DNA of 63,686 nucleotides, the filler included, from Octopus bimaculoides (lineage: Eukaryota): NCBI RefSeq assembly GCF_001194135.2. It is 6 parts of 4 records of this genome, joined end to end, with 100 filler letters (N's around TTAATTAATTAA, not from the genome) between each part and the next. Parts side by side here need not be neighbours in the genome. Positions count along the whole stretch, not along the records: positions 17,714 to 28,029 come from NC_068989.1; positions 28,130 to 31,083 come from NC_068982.1; positions 31,184 to 39,944 come from NC_068996.1; 3 more parts are not named here. One strand, given 5' to 3'. Below the pieces are notes generated by a model, which saw nothing but the letters and a program-made list of their open reading frames with translations, made no database searches and was not told the origin of the DNA. Both the position numbers and the translations under genes were made by a program. This document shows positions 25,004-37,118 of the stretch, piece by piece (the first letter of the stretch is position 1; every line of letters starts with the position of its first letter).

Positions 25004-25727
25004 TGTACTGTCGTAACACTGCGTTATATCTTCTATCCAAAATAATACAGCTTTTTACAATGTTTCTACATCCTTATTGNNNNNNNNNNNNNNNNNNNNN
25101 NNNNNNNNNNNNNNNNNNNNNNNNNNNNNNNNNNNNNNNNNNNNNNNNNNNNNNNNNNNNNNNNNNNNNNNNNNNNNNNNNNNNNNNNNNNNNNNNNNNN
25201 NNNNNNNNNNNNNNNNNNNNNNNNNNNNNNNNNNNNNNNNNNNNNNNNNNNNNNNNNNNNNNNNNNNNNNNNNNNNNNNNNNNNNNNNNNNNNNNNNNNN
25301 NNNNNNNNNNNNNNNNNNNNNNNNNNNNNNNNNNNNNNNNNNNNNNNNNNNNNNNNNNNNNNNNNNNNNNNNNNNNNNNNNNNNNNNNNNNNNNNNNNNN
25401 NNNNNNNNNNNNNNNNNNNNNNNNNNNNNNNNNNNNNNNNNNNNNNNNNNNNNNNNNNNNNNNNNNNNNNNNNNNNNNNNNNNNNNNNNNNNNNNNNNNN
25501 NNNNNNNNNNNNNNNNNNNNNNNNNNNNNNNNNNNNNNNNNNNNNNNNNNNNNNNNNNNNNNNNNNNNNNNNNNNNNNNNNNNNNNNNNNNNNNNNNNNN
25601 NNNNNNNNNNNNNNNNNNNNNNNNNNNNNNNNNNNNNNNNNNNNNNNNNNNNNNNNNNNNNNNNNNNNNNNNNNNNNNNNNNNNNNNNNNNNNNNNNNNN
25701 NNNNNNNNNNNNNNNNNNNNNNNNNNC

Positions 25728-26270
25728 TGGGTAAAAGGACGACCGAAACAGTTGTCATACAAGGACGCTGCCACGAACAAAACACAAGTTTACGAGTGGT
25801 TTTCACGTTTTAGGAATGGTCACTTGTTGTTTGATGACCAGCCTCGTTCAGGGCGACCGTCGGCTTCTCGAACGAATGAAAACATGAAAATTCATGAACT
25901 GATCTTGGAGGGATGGCTGTGTGTTAAGTAGCTTGCTTACGAACCACATGGTTCCGGGTTCAGTCCCACTGCGTGGCACCTTGGGCAAGTGTCTTCTACT
26001 ATAGCCTCGGGCCGACCAAAGTCTTGTGAGTGGATTTGGTTGAACTTGTTGATATGACTAATATGTCCTGGAGCTCCTGCCAACGAATTTTGAAATTTTG
26101 AAATTTGCTAATGAAAAGAGTTGCAGCAAAATTTGCGCTTCGCTTGCTCACGGAAGATCAAAAGCAGTCACGACTGAATGAGTGTCGTGAACTGAAAGAA
26201 CGGTTGGAAGTTGATCCGGACACTTTGTCGAAGGTCGTCCTTAGTAACAAAAGCTGGTACTACGAAATTT
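25728..26270 (+). pseudogene. Mariner transposase fragment, interrupted by a SINE A head (25915-26040)
   Basis: QVYEWFSRFRNG..DDQPRSGRPS; then MKRVAAKFALRLLTEDQKQSRLNECRELKERLEVDPDTLSKVV, typical mariner N-terminal and linker motifs. Confidence 0.85.
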
Positions 26271-26789
26271 GAACATATGGAAGAGNNNNNNNNNNNNNNN
26301 NNNNNNNNNNNNNNNNNNNNNNNNNNNNNNNNNNNNNNNNNNNNNNNNNNNNNNNNNNNNNNNNNNNNNNNNNNNNNNNNNNNNNTCTGTGTTGAGCCCT
26401 GTGTGGCTAATAAAGAAACTTATCTATCTATCTATTTATCTATCTATCTATCTAACCAGTGGAAGTTGCAGCTTTTATCTATCGCTTACGCTCCACATCG
26501 TGTAGATCTGCAGCGGGACTGAACAGTCACCTGAGACGTCACGAATGCTAGGTTAAGAATGCCATTGTCAACGATGAAGCTCAGGGAGTTAGCCATCATC
26601 TGTCACACTTCCATAGACCAATTCAAACATTAAGCTATTTTTTTTTCCTTTTTCGTTAGATTCGGATTAACTCAAAACGCTCCTCCTTCCTTCTTGCTTA
26701 AATCTTAAATTCCTAAAGTTTACAATTCATTCCTAGTCATATGAAAATTAGCTGTCTGAAAACCTCACCATCATGATCATTATTATTAT

Positions 26790-27212
26790 GTCTGACTTTT
26801 GCTTTGTATTTGTACAAGTTGGCTCCAAGTCTCACCCAGAGACCTCAAGAGACAACAAGTTAGAAGTTCATGATCGTGTTATGGATTGGGTGCCATATAT
26901 TTGGTTTTGCACAAAGTATTGTTCTGGAGAATGTCTAAGAAAACACAAAATAAAAAAATTACAAGGTTGTTTTAAAATTTGGGATTACATAAACAGTATT
27001 TTTATGTAGGATACGGGCAGTTGCCACGAGCACTATTCGTTTTGAATTTCTGCCATTTTGGGATTTCCTGGTATCTGAGGTAGGTCGCAATCAGCCCCTT
27101 TTGTTATCATTCCAAGGGCACCTATGTCAACAGGTATTGTTTTAGTCTTCAGGTTCCACATTTTTGCCAATTTCTATTTCAAGATCTTTATACTTACTCA
27201 GCTTATCATTAT
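26790..27212 (-). mobile_element. R4/Dong-type (RLE) LINE, 3' end, between trinucleotide tracts
   Basis: KLSKYKDLEIEIGK..TKTIPVDIGALGMI..; 3' UTR followed by TAATAATAA on the minus strand. Confidence 0.8.
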
Positions 27213-27236
27213 CATCATCCTTATTATTATTATTAA

Positions 27237-27303
<67 letters not shown>

Positions 27304-28129
27304 ATTATTATTATTATTATTATCATTATTATTATTATTATTATTATTATCATCATCATCATCATCATTGTTATTATTCAATAATCTTTATTCATAGTAT
27401 TTCACTCCAGAATATTTCGTCATAGCAAAAAAAAAAAAAAAAAGAAACATTCTGTGTGGGATTGCAAATTGTTAACAAAGAGCTACTTACATCATAAAGT
27501 TACTTTCAATTGAAAACAGAGTGACCTTTGAAAAGAGGTCAAGCAATGCCAGTTGTTGTCTGCGGATGTCAACGCCCTTTGGTTATTGTATATTGTACAG
27601 CAGTTGTTTTATTTTTTTCATTTAAGCAGTCGACTGCACCAGCAGGTGCAGCAACAAAATTTAGCTGCGTAGTTGCATACAATAAACTGGTTTCATGGCT
27701 TTGCTATTGTGCTTTTTCTTTTTTTTTCCTGAGTTATATGCGCCAGTGCCCTCATGCGTTACTTTCTGAATTTTTTGTAAGTCATGCTGTTTTGGCTATG
27801 CATTCGTTTGTATCTTCTAAAATCAAACCCCTAAATTTTTTGTTCTACCTATGGACCCCCTTAGATTCCTGTTTTATTTGGGTGGATCCTCGTAGCTATT
27901 CGGTGTTTAATAAAAAATGAAATTATTATATTAGGAGTTTTATACAAAATATTTATACAAAATATTTATTAGGAGTTTTATACAAAAAAAAAAACTTGTC
28001 AAAATAATTTTCTTTTATTCTTTTATTTGNNNNNNNNNNNNNNNNNNNNNNNNNNNNNNNNNNNNNNNNNNNNTTAATTAATTAANNNNNNNNNNNNNNN
28101 NNNNNNNNNNNNNNNNNNNNNNNNNNNNN

Positions 28130-28411
28130 CTCATGTCGATACCCAGGTCTTTCACTGATTTAGGCTCTGGGATTGAAATTCCCTGTGGACCAGTGTACTC
28201 TGTAAGTTTAATATTCAGTTTTGGACGTTGGTAGCGCAGGGCTTGGAATTTTTCAGCATTAAACTGCATATTATTGTCCTCAGCCCATCTGTAAACTGAG
28301 TCCAATTCCTGCTGCAGGTGTGCAACATCACTGGAGTTCTGTATTTTCTGCGAGACTTTTGTATCGTCTGCGTAGCTTGCAAGAGTGGCTATCCGGGCAC
28401 TTGAAGGCATA
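28130..28411 (-). mobile_element. CR1/L2-type LINE reverse transcriptase fragment
   Basis: LASYADDTKV..LQQELDSVYRWAEDNNMQFNAEKFQ..VKDLGI; cut by the linker gap. Confidence 0.9.
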
Positions 28412-29757
28412 TATATTAAATCAACCCTAGTGTTCAACTGGTACTTAATTTATCGCCTCCGACAGAATAAAAGGCAAGTGACCCTCGGCAATATTTAACA
28501 GAGAACATAAAAATAATTCTGTCCGATCGGCGTCTCACTATGATTTCGAATATATCTATACGCTAAAGTAATTCAATATCATCTATGTTAAAATGTATAT
28601 TTGTTCTGATTTAAAGTAAAAGTTTCGAATTTCATTCGTTTACTCGTTGAGTAGAAATACATCAACATTTGAAATATTAATTCCTTCCTTCATCAATCAA
28701 ACAACATCTTGATATCCATTTTATATTCAACTCCTGTAACAGATCAGTTTACGATGTAACTCCAGTTACAATTAGCAAATTAAATTTCCCTTTTTATTGA
28801 CTTTTACTTTTTCATCGATGATGCTGTTAAGAAAAAAAAGAGAACCAATATTCCGGTTACGACCTAAAACTGCAATGTATAAAAATGAATAGATTAAAAA
28901 AAATATTTTCAGAATTAGATTAAGAATGTGTTAAATATGCAAATTGGTGTATCCAGAAGTGGCAAGTAGTTAATAAGTTTCAAAGCTTTCCCGGATTCGA
29001 TCCTAATGAACAACAAATGCGTACTAACATAGCCTTGAGTAGTTCCATGCTTTGCTCAAAGCATTTGCGTGAATAGTTATACACACCATACATAAATAGC
29101 TTATGNNNNNNNNNNNNNNNNNNNNNNNNNNNNNNNNNNNNNNNNNNNNNNNNNNNNNNNNNNNNNNNNNNNNNNNNNNNNNNNNNNNNNNNNNNNNNNN
29201 NNNNNNNNNNNNNNNNNNNNNNNNNNNNNNNNNNNNNNNNNNNNNNNNNNNNNNNNNNNNNNNNNNNNNNNNNNNNNNNNNNNNNNNNNNNNNNNNNNNN
29301 NNNNNNNNNNNNNNATATATATATATATATATATATATATAAGCGTTTGTGTGCATGCGTGCGTTTGTATATGCGTGTGTATACATATGTAATATATATG
29401 CAAATACATATTCGTGTATACACACACACACACACACGCGCATACATAACTATATATTCCCTGTACATTAGATATAGTCAGAATGGATATGATATAATAG
29501 ATTTCTTGATTTCCTTCAACTGGGATTTGTAATTGCTAAACAAAACGTGGTAATGAAAAATGTCAGCTGACAGCTATGTTCTGCCAGCATTTATCATTAA
29601 ATACGTGCTGACAAAATTTGGTCCGTTTCTGATAAGAAGAGATGTGACAGAAACTAATTATTCATTTTATAATTCAGTACTTACATCTACATCGCTTTCG
29701 ACTATTCGAATCTTATACATAAGTATTTACACACACACACACACACACACAAACGCG

Positions 29758-29808
<51 letters not shown>

Positions 29809-31183
29809 ACATACACACATGCACAGTTGTGTGTGTTTGTGCGTTTTATGTATGTATGCAAGAACGTTTGAAACATTTCTATAACTGTCACTTTTGCACA
29901 CACGCACTCACATGCGTGCGTATATATATATGTGTGTGTGTATGTGTGTGTGTGTGCGCATGTGTGTGTATATATATATGTGTGTGTGTATGTGTGCGTA
30001 ATATATGTATGTTTACATAAACATACATTTATATAGATGTATACATACATATATAAACATATATATATATATATATTGTATGTATGTATGTTTATGCTAG
30101 ACTTGAGATTACGCTGCGAATAGGCAGTTTACTTACCATAACTTCACTTATGCTAGTAACCATATCTGTATTCTTTCAGTGTATTACCTCAAGTGTTTGT
30201 CTATATCTTCCTTGGAATTGTTATATTCAGTATAAAGCATTAATTTCTATTTGTTCAGTTTGCAAATCTTATTTTTGCAACCCTTTCTGAGACAAGTACC
30301 TATGAAGTTTAATATCATAGGTTTACCTAAATCCTACGGGATTTTAACAGTCATATATGCATCATGCTAAACTAATCATATCCTGAATGGATCTCTGTGT
30401 CTTCATATTTTAATTCATTTTGTCGTTTGATTTCTTTATATTTCCCGCCCAATGATATATTCTGACAAATCCGAAGGACCCGTAGAGCTAGGGTGTTGCT
30501 TCGTTACTGGAATATGATTTGGCAAATCCTTCACCTTCACTTTTCTTATTTTACGGAAGTTTCGATATCAGATCTCTGATGCGACTATGATGCTTTTTAT
30601 TACTATCACGCTGGTTTTTAATATAGTGATTATGGTTATATCCATAATGCATCAGCAGGATAAAACGGCTCAATAATGCCAAATGGTATACGCCATATTT
30701 GAATGTCATATTCTCAGAATATACTTCAGAAATGTATATCGTTAACAGCAATGACAATCGGCAGCATCACAGTAGCTCCGCTGGCTATGCTTATGGATAC
30801 AACTTCCTTTCTCTCAGATGGAGCCCTAATCTCGTTGGGTCCATTTACATCATCTTGCTCGATATCAGCCTAGCTTTTCTATTTGTCAGTCACGTAAACT
30901 TTCAGGATTAGTCCCAGTTTTTGTTACATAATATAATATCTGTTCTAATGTAGATCAAGTCAAAACGTATTGCTTCAACCACGCAAGCAATAGTGAGGAG
31001 AGTCTTACTGGATTAAACTTGATTTTCACTGCTTCAAAAAAACTGTTCCGATAGTTATATATATATATATATTTATATATATANNNNNNNNNNNNNNNNN
31101 NNNNNNNNNNNNNNNNNNNNNNNNNNNTTAATTAATTAANNNNNNNNNNNNNNNNNNNNNNNNNNNNNNNNNNNNNNNNNNNN

Positions 31184-31245
<62 letters not shown>

Positions 31246-31249
31246 TTTA

Positions 31250-31313
<64 letters not shown>

Positions 31314-31343
31314 CATTATTATTATCATTATTATTATTATTAA

Positions 31344-31470
31344 TGAGTGAGAGAGCAGTGCATGCCATCAAAGTGACACGGGGATAAAATATTCGAAGCC
31401 CATTATGCCCATCATGACTACCCGTCTGATAAGGATACACCAGGCACATGCATCACAACCATATGTGCGC
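31344..31470 (-). mobile_element. 3' UTR fragment of the R4/Dong family seen at 62030-63541, followed by (TAA)n
   Basis: GTGAGAGAGCAGTGCATGCCATCAAAGTGA.. matches 62031-62140. Confidence 0.8.
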
Positions 31471-31479
31471 AATCATTAG

Positions 31480-31665
31480 CACACCGGGCAAAATACTTTG
31501 CGGCATTTCATCTGTCTGTACGTTGTATTTCAAATTCCACGTGGATCGTCTTTGCTTTTCATTCTTTCGGGTCGATAAAATAACTACAGTTGAATACTGG
31601 GGTCGATGGAATTGAATTATCTCCCCACCCCCGAAATTGCTGGTCCTGTGCCAAAATTTGAAATT
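31480..31665 (+). mobile_element. SINE family B, diverged, tail type 3
   Basis: TTTCATTCTTTCGGGTCGATAAAATAA..GTGCCAAAATTTGAAA. Confidence 0.75.
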
Positions 31666-31894
31666 ATTATTTAAGACCTCGCACAATATCTAATATCGTG
31701 ATGTTGTTGATTGAAGATATCTGTCCGTCAAGTCACAACAAGGACCTCATTAACGTCCAAATATTATTCTATCAGCTAATTTTGTTGAGCCACTAAGTTA
31801 TGGGGGACATAATCAAACTAACACCAATAGTCAATTGGTTGAGGGATAAACACAAACATACATACATATGTGTGTGTGTGTGTGTGTAAATGAA

Positions 31895-32800
31895 TCAAAA
31901 ACGCAATAGAGGACAATAAAACATTCGGACAGATAGACGAAACAACAATTAGAAGGACAGGCATAAAAAAGACGGGTCATTCGTGGCCTTCTTTTCTCAG
32001 TCAAGTACCAGAAGTCATGACCGTTTCGGGCAGTTACATTTGAGACAGTTCGATCTGGTTGCCCTGCAAAAAGTCTAAGCTAATAGCATTAGACCCCTTT
32101 GTAAGAAAGCTAGTGTAAGCTAGCCTAAGCTAGCGTAAGCTAGTGTAAGGCAACAAAGACAAGAAAAACTGAGAACATGGTACACAAAAATACAAAAAAC
32201 GGAAAATATGGTACACAATTACGAATACAAACAACAAGAAAATAACAACAGATGTCTTTCGACTGAAAATGAATCTAATTGAACTGGCGTGTATGAAGTG
32301 AAAGCGTAAAGGCAGGAACATAGGAGCTGGACATAAGTGGTGTTGACGGTCAGCAGTCAGGCCAAGAAAGAAAGATCATGGCTGGCCGGACACCGGTAAC
32401 GTGGATGGAGGAGAGATGGATGGGTAGAGACAGCGGGATTGAAGGATTAGAAAAAATTCAGAGACAAAGAGAAAGGTGCAGGGGAGATAAACGAGTGGGA
32501 AATAGTGGGAGTTAAAGAAAGAGAGGGCAAAAAAAATGTGAGAGAGAGAGGGAGAGCGAGAAAAAGGAAAAAGGAAGAAAATAAGAGGACTAAAAGATAG
32601 AGTAAAAGTCGTACAAAATTTAGATATATACCTACTATTAGGAGAGCACAAGTGTGTACATACGCCGCTATATGTATATATAAATATAAAAATGGAACAA
32701 AAACGCAATAGAGGACATTAAAACATTCGGACAGATAGAAGATACAAAGGTGGACAAGAGAAGCAACAATTAGAAGGACAGGCAAAAAAAGACGGGTATG
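31895..32800 (-). mobile_element. Element with about 90-bp terminal direct repeats, purine-rich interior (plus strand) and a permuted hammerhead
   Basis: AAAACGCAATAGAGGACA(A/T)TAAAACATTCGGACAGATAGA..CAACAATTAGAAGGACAGGCA..AAGACGGGT at about 31898 and 32699; resembles the Penelope pseudo-LTR layout (inference). Confidence 0.65.
31985..32049 (-). ncRNA. Permuted hammerhead motif, copy 4
   Basis: ACTG-TC-TCAAatGTA-ACT-GCCC-GAAA-CGGT-12nt-TACTTGA-CTGAgaa; GUC triplet, 4-bp stem III with one GU, one core mismatch. Confidence 0.55.
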
Positions 32801-32804
32801 TATC

Positions 32805-32955
32805 TTTAAATAACGAGCTTTCACACAGTTTCCGTATTTTAAATTCACTGACAAGGCATTAATCGACCGGGCTGTGGTAGAAAACAGGTGCCGTGCTGTG
32901 GGACTGAACCGAATATCACCTGACTGCAAAGAGAGCTTCTTATGCACACAGCCAT
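32805..32955 (-). mobile_element. SINE family A, diverged 5' half
   Basis: rc GGCTGTGTGCATAAGAAGC..GGTTCAGTCCCACAGCACGGCACC. Confidence 0.75.
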
Positions 32956-32976
32956 AATAATAAATTTGCAGAAAAA

Positions 32977-33045
32977 TCATCCGAGTGGATACCGATTCCA
33001 GCAAGTGTAATAGAGCAAGCACTCTACCATCTGAGCAGTCTCCCC
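32977..33045 (-). tRNA. Degenerate tRNA-like sequence (5' half resembles eukaryotic tRNA-Ala), probable pseudogene
   Basis: GGGGAGACTGCTCAGATGGTAGAGTGCTTGCT..GGAATCGGTATCC followed by TTTTT; anticodon arm not readable. Confidence 0.55.
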
Positions 33046-33062
33046 TGCTTTGTGTAAAATGC

Positions 33063-33134
33063 CTCCCAGGTGAGGAGTAGAGCCCCGGTCTACAACATGA
33101 CAGGCGAGGATACTTAGCACTATATTTCCGAGGA
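33063..33134 (-). tRNA. tRNA-Asp: tRNA-Asp(GTC) pseudogene
   Basis: 72 nt TCCTCGGAAATATAGTGCTAAGTATCCTCGCCTGTCATGTTGTAGACCGGGGCTCTACTCCTCACCTGGGAG; ungapped, about 56/72 to a generic metazoan tRNA-Asp recalled from memory; B box damaged; GCATTTT follows. Confidence 0.85.
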
Positions 33135-33155
33135 ACAATTAAAACCTAAGTTTTT

Positions 33156-33268
33156 GATTACAGCACTTAGGTTTCCCAACCGGTTCTTAAGTACTAACGA
33201 GGCTCGACGTTACTTAACTTCTGTGATAGAACGAGAACCGATATTTTCAAAGTGATATTGCAGTAAGT
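33156..33268 (-). rRNA. 5S_rRNA: 5S rRNA pseudogene, near full length, small deletion in box C
   Basis: CTTACTGCAATATCACTTTGAAAATATCGGTTCTCGTTCTATCACAGAAGTTAAGTAACGTCGAGCCTCGTTAGTACTT..TGGGAAACCTAAGTGCTGTA; colinear with eukaryotic 5S. Confidence 0.9.
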
Positions 33269-33745
33269 AGTGTAGGACAATTTTGAAAATATATATTTTT
33301 TTAAATCTGAATTTTATCAAACATGGTAATTTGTCCGTCACCTTTTCCAATCCATACCATTCCAACCACAAAAGTGGAGATGTCTAGTCGCCTCCGCTCT
33401 ACGCATTAGTTGTCTAATGATCCTATCGGTTACTTTCGAGCTCAGGCACTTTTTTACTTCGGTTTACAAGTCGACGTACTATACAGTGTAAACATGTAAA
33501 CATTCAAATATCGTTTCTATCTGTCCAAAAAAATCCTGATGCATTTCACATGGAATTTTTGACCCTCCAAACTCGTCTTTATGTATAAGTCGACCTACCT
33601 TTTTGGGCTGAAAATTCGACTTGAATGCTAGAAAATACATTAATACTAATTTCATAAAATGCTTTTGCCAAAAACGATAATCACCGTTTCATATTCTGAG
33701 GCTTTTCTAATTTAACGATTCTTCTTCTTCTTCTTCTTCTTCTTC

Positions 33746-33788
<43 letters not shown>

Positions 33789-35164
33789 CATTATTATTAT
33801 TATTATTTTTCTCCTCAATCCTTCATTCTTTTCTTTTTTATTCTTCTTTATCTTCGTCTTAGTATTTTCTTCTTTTTTTTTCATTTTCGTTTTTCATTCT
33901 TACTCTCTTTCTTCCACTTCTATTTAGCCAGGTTTTTTTTGTTTTGTTTTGTATTTTTGTCGTCATTGCCCTGCCGACGCCTCTGCTGCTGTTGTCATTA
34001 TCAACATTATTGTTATGATCATCATCGTATCTTTGTTGTTATCGTCGTTGTGTTCGTAGCGACCTCCTCCTCCACCTCCTCCTCATCATTTTCGTCACAA
34101 TCGCCACCCCTACCAAGAACAACAACAACAAGAACAGTTGCAGCAGCAACAACACTGCTACCACCACCAGCACCACCACTATCAGTACCACTGTCAACAA
34201 GTGTATGTAAATTATATATAGGTCTTACAAATTTTATGCTTTCGACCTCATTCACGACGCTGACCTTGTTATAAACACAAGATGAGAATGGCTGTGACAT
34301 AAGGTGGTGGTGATGGTGGTGGTAGCATTTTGGTATGGGATTTTGGTATGGGATTTTGGTATGGGATTTTTTTTTTGTGGAGTGGTCATTTGTTTTTTGT
34401 TGTTTTTTCTTTTCTCTTTTCGAACAATCGTTCTCGATAATTACTTTCATAAAATGTTCACTGGTTGCTTTTGAAAACTGCACAGTTCACAAAAGAGCAG
34501 TATTATTCGCACAAAGACTATTCCAACAAACCTACCAACACAATAGGGTGTCGGCTAAAAGCCGAATAGTTAAGTGCTTGCATCCTGTCATTAGATCGCA
34601 GTAATGTCCGTTACAAGGACACACTTAACTGGATCAATGAGCCACTTCATTTATCTCTAAATATGGGTACTACTTGTAGACATTACTAATCGCTATGAAC
34701 ATCTACGAGCATAACATTCTCGTTTTCGTGCATGGGTATCAAATCTATTTTTTCTTCCATCGCTCGAGTCAAAACGAGGTGTGATGTAGCAAAGTTCATG
34801 TTGTTTTTAAAGATGCAAACAGTACGAATGGATGAAAATCAAAGATTAATTAGCTTAATCAAAGATTAATTAGGTGTCTTTTGTTTTTTGTGTTTGTTTA
34901 CAATTACTGAACCGTATTGAAAAATGATCTTATGGAATTGAAAACATTTTTTTAAAATAGCGTTAAAATGTCAGAGCTGGGAGGTTATGGTCTTGACTCC
35001 TATCAGAGTCTCCCTAACTAGTGGGAGCAAAGGTAGATATTTCCTTCATCTCAAAGGTCTTGCCCCAATACTTTCCAAAGTCAATTATAGGCTAGATAGT
35101 GCAGTCGAACCAGTTGACAGATAAAGTCTATCAACCAGTCTGTGCTATCAACTTATCAGGTCTG

Positions 35165-35386
35165 CTGTAATCCGTCGACTATGGTGGATGTTATGTTGCA
35201 AAATACCCAGCGTTAGGTGTAAGTCCGCGAAGTAGAAACAGTTCTGTACTCTATATTTTTTTTATCATTTTTATAATTTGCATATATTTATTCTATTATA
35301 AATGCAAAACAACACCACGGAGGAATCGATGTAAGCTTAAATAATAAGTTACAATAGGTAAACCGCGATGTGGCGAGGAACTACTG
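35165..35386. mobile_element. Tigger/pogo-like MITE, diverged copy 1
   Basis: CTGTAATCCGTCGACTAT..CCGCGATGTGGCGAGGAACTACTG; colinear with copy 2. Confidence 0.75.
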
Positions 35387-35408
35387 TGCCTATATATATA
35401 TACATATA

Positions 35409-35619
35409 CAGTAATCCCTCGACTATCGCGGGTGTTATGTTCAAACTCCCACCCGCGATAAGTGAAAATCCGCGAAGTAGAAACAGTACCATACTGTATA
35501 TTATTTTATATTATTTTTCATAATTTGTATATATTTATTTTATTATAAATGCAAAACAACACTACAGATGAATCAACATAAGCTTAAATAATAAACCGCG
35601 ATATGGCGAGGAATTAATG
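35409..35619. mobile_element. Tigger/pogo-like MITE, copy 2
   Basis: TA|CAGTAATCCCTCGACTATCGCGG ... CCGCGATATGGCGAGGAATTAATG|TA. Confidence 0.8.
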
Positions 35620-35967
35620 TACCAAGCAGCTTTGAAGTTTGGGCGTTATGCTACCAATCTTTGAGGACTACCAATCAAACTTGGACGATTGCGCTACCAG
35701 TTTACCAGCCAAATTTGAAGACTGAATAAAACAGATTGCTCCCAGGAGACAACTTTATGACAAAGAACTCTTTAAATATCTTTCTGCTCCATAACAACAC
35801 CATCATCTATCAATTAGTTAATAACGAGAAAAAAATAAGGATTAATAATATAAAATTATAAATTTGCAGAAAAAGAATAACAAGGAGTTGACCACATGTA
35901 GTAAATTATAATCGAAATCATGGGAGATTAAATCAGCCCCTATGGGATTTGAACTCTGAACGACGAA

Positions 35968-35998
<31 letters not shown>

Positions 35999-36023
35999 CG
36001 GCGACGACGACGACGACGACGAC

Positions 36024-36061
<38 letters not shown>

Positions 36062-36719
36062 CATCTATAAAACTTCTGACACTCAGAAATGCAGACTCTG
36101 TGGAAAGAGTGTGGAAAATGTGACCCACTTGGTAAGTGGATGTGAGAGCCTTACACAAAAAGAATACAAGCATCGCCACAATAAAGTGTGTGTGTATCTT
36201 CCATTGGATCTGTTGCCGTAAATTCCAATATGAAGTAACAGAGGACTGGTATGAGCATATACCAAGTAAAGTAATGCAGGAGGCTGGAAAAGTAACGATA
36301 CTCTGGGACTATGATTTTCAGACGGATCGTGTAACCGAACACTGTCAGCCGGTTACTGTCATATTGAGTAAGGGAGACAAATACTGTCAGATCATTGATG
36401 CAGCCATACCAAATGACATGAATGTTGTGAGTAAAGAGGTTGAAAAAAATCAACAAGTATTCTGAACTGAAAGTGGAAATGGCAAGACTGTATGGAATGC
36501 GAGAAGGTAATGTAAAAGTGATACCAGTGGTGATTGGAGCGTTGGGCTCAATCCCATTGAAACTTCAAGACTTCTTAAGGCAACTGGAAATCCCATGCAA
36601 GATTGATGTCTTACAAAAAGCAGCCTTATTGAGCACAGCGCACATCTTATGGAAAGTATTATGTCTGAGGTCCTTGTTGTGACTTGACAGATCACTAAAG
36701 ACACCGGTGTTACGAAGGA
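36062..36719 (+). mobile_element. R4/Dong-type LINE, 5'-truncated: CCHC knuckle plus restriction-like endonuclease
   Basis: KCRLCGKSVENVTHLVSGC..YKHRHNKV; ILWDYDFQTDR..QP..IIDAAIP; KINKYSEL..VIPVVIGALG; preceded by (GAT)n, followed by (TAA)4. Confidence 0.92.
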
Positions 36720-37073
36720 ATAATAATAATAAAAAGAAGAGAGAGATAGAGAGAAAGAAAGAGAATGAGAAAGAAAAAGTGAGAGTAAATGTTTGTGAAT
36801 TGGCGAAAAATCCTGCAACAAGCAATGGATTATATCTTTTACTAGTCGTCTGATTTCGATGGATTTCATAAACAATCGAGCAAAGTGACTTATCCACCAC
36901 AGCGTAGGATAAAATGCCTTGCGGTATTTATTACATTTCTCTACGTCCTGCGTTGAAATATCATTAAAATCGTCTCGTCGAGCCTCATCATGCTTCTGCT
37001 ACTTGTAAATAGTTATAAATAACAATGACTAGCGCCGCCGCCGCCGCTGCTGCTCTTGTTATTGTTACTGCTG

Positions 37074-37118
<45 letters not shown>

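Noticed and set aside
30440-30900. Unique sequence with a hydrophobic minus-strand stretch (EVVSISIASGATVMLPIVIAV)
   Set aside because: Frames close after about 50 codons, poor acceptor, no recognisable family.
33400-33452. TTCGAGCTC plus T6 as a fourth Pol III gene near the 5S cluster
   Set aside because: No cloverleaf or A box could be drawn.
34328-34366. TTTTGGTATGGGA x3 as telomere-like or G-quadruplex sequence
   Set aside because: Only three GGG runs, not TTAGGG; most simply local slippage.
34022-34483. 153-aa ORF with acidic and Gly/Val runs
   Set aside because: Made of mixed trinucleotide repeats; similar text occurs elsewhere in the window.
35030-35090. CCTTCATC with TTTCC nearby as a sixth permuted hammerhead (minus strand)
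   Set aside because: Core reads GAGATGA, and no stem I or III complementarity was found.
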